Below, in pieces: positions 26,665-27,739 of a DNA stretch of 27,739 nt. The DNA comes from a virus (Duplodnaviria > Heunggongvirae > Uroviricota > Caudoviricetes), in IMG/VR virus record IMGVR_UViG_2695420411_000008; one strand, 5' to 3'. Below the pieces are notes generated by a model. The model was not told where the DNA came from. It ran no database searches and saw nothing but the letters and a program-made list of their open reading frames with translations. Both the position numbers and the translations under genes were made by a program. Position 1 is the first letter of the stretch, and every line of letters begins with the position of its first letter.

Positions 26665-27119
26665 TTACCGTCCAATGATTAATGCTGAGACGCTGGTATC
26701 TGAAGGAAAGGCTGCATTCAGTGGTTTGTCGACTTTGAACACAATCGTATTATTCCCCCTGACAGCGGCAAAAGAACAAACCGCAGTCGCGTATGAACCT
26801 GTAATATTACTGGATACACCACCATAAGCTGTTGTTGATACCAGAGGGATAACGCCCAGCACCTTATTAGGAAATACAAAGGGCAATGTGGCTGTGGCAA
26901 TATAAGACTTATTAGAACCTGTAATGGCATAAGCATTATCAGTCATTCCATTCATCGCCACCGGGCCGCTTATACTTACAGTAACCATCTGAATGATTAG
27001 CCCGTCAGGTTGACGAATCACAAAATTTCCATTGCCACCAGTAACCGTCCAGAAAGACATATCAGGGATTTGGTTTTCCCCGTTGCCCACATTCCGTTTT
27101 GCCGCTTCTCCCAAACCAA
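26665..27119 (-). CDS. Alternative tail-fibre C-terminal cassette (Sv'), currently lacking its own start
   Basis: Minus-strand frame open from the right crossover site; reads KVGLGEAAK across the core, matching NLGLGEGS at the left site, so inversion would fuse it in frame to the constant part. Confidence 0.65.
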
Positions 27120-27131
27120 CCTTTTTTATAA
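27106..27131. promoter_or_regulatory. Right inversion crossover site (hix/gix-like, 26 bp)
   Basis: TTCTCCCAAACC-AA-CCTTTTTTATAA; closely resembles hixL TTCTTGAAAACCAAGGTTTTTGATAA. Confidence 0.6.
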
Positions 27132-27190
27132 CCATCAAAAATCTGGTGATGCTTCGCCGTTTCTCCTGTTTTCATAACAGGAGAAATCCC

Positions 27191-27739
27191 ATGATTTACG
27201 GTTATGCCCGAGTATCAACAAACCACCAGGACACTGAATTGCAACTAACGGCGCTCAAGTCAGCGGGTTGTGAGAAAATTTTTGAAGAGCATGCCAGCGG
27301 GAGGAAATCGAATCGGCCGGTTCTAAAACGGCTGATCGCCACTATGCAGCCGGGGGATGAACTGGTGGTCTGGAAGCTGGACAGGATAGGCCGCAACGTT
27401 CTGCATGCGCTGTTGATGTTCCAGCAGTTACAGGAAAAGGGTATCAACTTCCGCAGTATTACCGATGGCGTGGATCTCAAAACAGCCAGCGGCCGCTATA
27501 ACTTTCGTAACATCCTTTCCGCAGCACAATATGAATCTGATCTTAATAGCGAACGTACCTTAGCAGGGCTGGCCGTAGCCAGGGCAAAAGGGCGAGTTGG
27601 TGGTCGCAGGCCTAAGTTCACGGATGAGCAATGGCGGGAAATGGGGGAGCGGATGGCAACCGGTGAATCACGACAAAGCGTATCAAAAACGTATGGAGTA
27701 GGGCTCTCAACTCTGTATAAAAAGTTTCCAGCTAGCTGA
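27191..27739 (+). CDS. Serine recombinase, DNA invertase (Hin/Gin/Cin/Pin family)
   Basis: AGGAGA RBS; N-terminal YARVSTNHQD with catalytic Ser, VVWKLDRIGR motif, C-terminal HTH GVGLSTLYKKFPAS; 182 aa, stop at the window end. Confidence 0.9.
   Translation: MIYGYARVSTNHQDTELQLTALKSAGCEKIFEEHASGRKSNRPVLKRLIATMQPGDELVVWKLDRIGRNVLHALLMFQQLQEKGINFRSITDGVDLKTASGRYNFRNILSAAQYESDLNSERTLAGLAVARAKGRVGGRRPKFTDEQWREMGERMATGESRQSVSKTYGVGLSTLYKKFPAS

Larger units (their letters stand above)
25136..27117. mobile_element. Invertible tail-fibre segment (Mu G / P1 C / e14 P-type), about 2 kb
   Basis: Bounded by inverted crossover sites; contains Sv and tfa on plus strand and tfa' and a startless Sv' on minus strand; invertase gene immediately outside. 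Confidence 0.65.

Noticed and set aside
27032-27190. 5' extension of the invertase ORF
   Set aside because: The extension overlaps the crossover site and the Sv' cassette; ATG 27191 has an AGGAGA RBS and gives the canonical N-terminus with the catalytic serine.
1-27739. CRISPR arrays and tRNA/rRNA genes
   Set aside because: No regularly spaced direct repeats with unique spacers and no cloverleaf-compatible tRNA-like segments were seen; the Q-holin leader was checked specifically because lambdoid phages sometimes carry tRNAs there.

Overview
This window is the late region of a prophage. It runs from lambdoid-style late control through lysis, packaging, head, contractile tail and baseplate genes to an invertible tail-fibre segment with its own serine invertase. 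All calls are from reading the sequence and recalled protein families; no database search or folding was run. The left end is a chromosomal amino-acid ABC transporter ATPase (YhdZ-like) joined to the prophage across a run of 10 N (855-864), so that adjacency is probably a scaffold join and the integrase/immunity/replication arm is not in the window. Plus-strand order: DUF1364-like (5' partial), RusA, Q antiterminator, late promoter/terminator leader, pinholin, SAR endolysin, Rz/Rz1, TerS, TerL, portal, head-morphogenesis protein (split by a frameshift), DUF2213 protein, capsid accessory, major capsid, connector proteins, sheath, tube, chaperone with -1 frameshift extension, tape measure, baseplate genes, tail fibre, tail-fibre assembly protein. 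Structures the core genes do not explain are three AT-rich or antisense insertions (4261-5156, 9191-9592, 21021-21979) carrying unrecognised small genes and a candidate non-coding RNA; these are the best candidates for undescribed accessory functions. No CRISPR array, tRNA or rRNA was seen.
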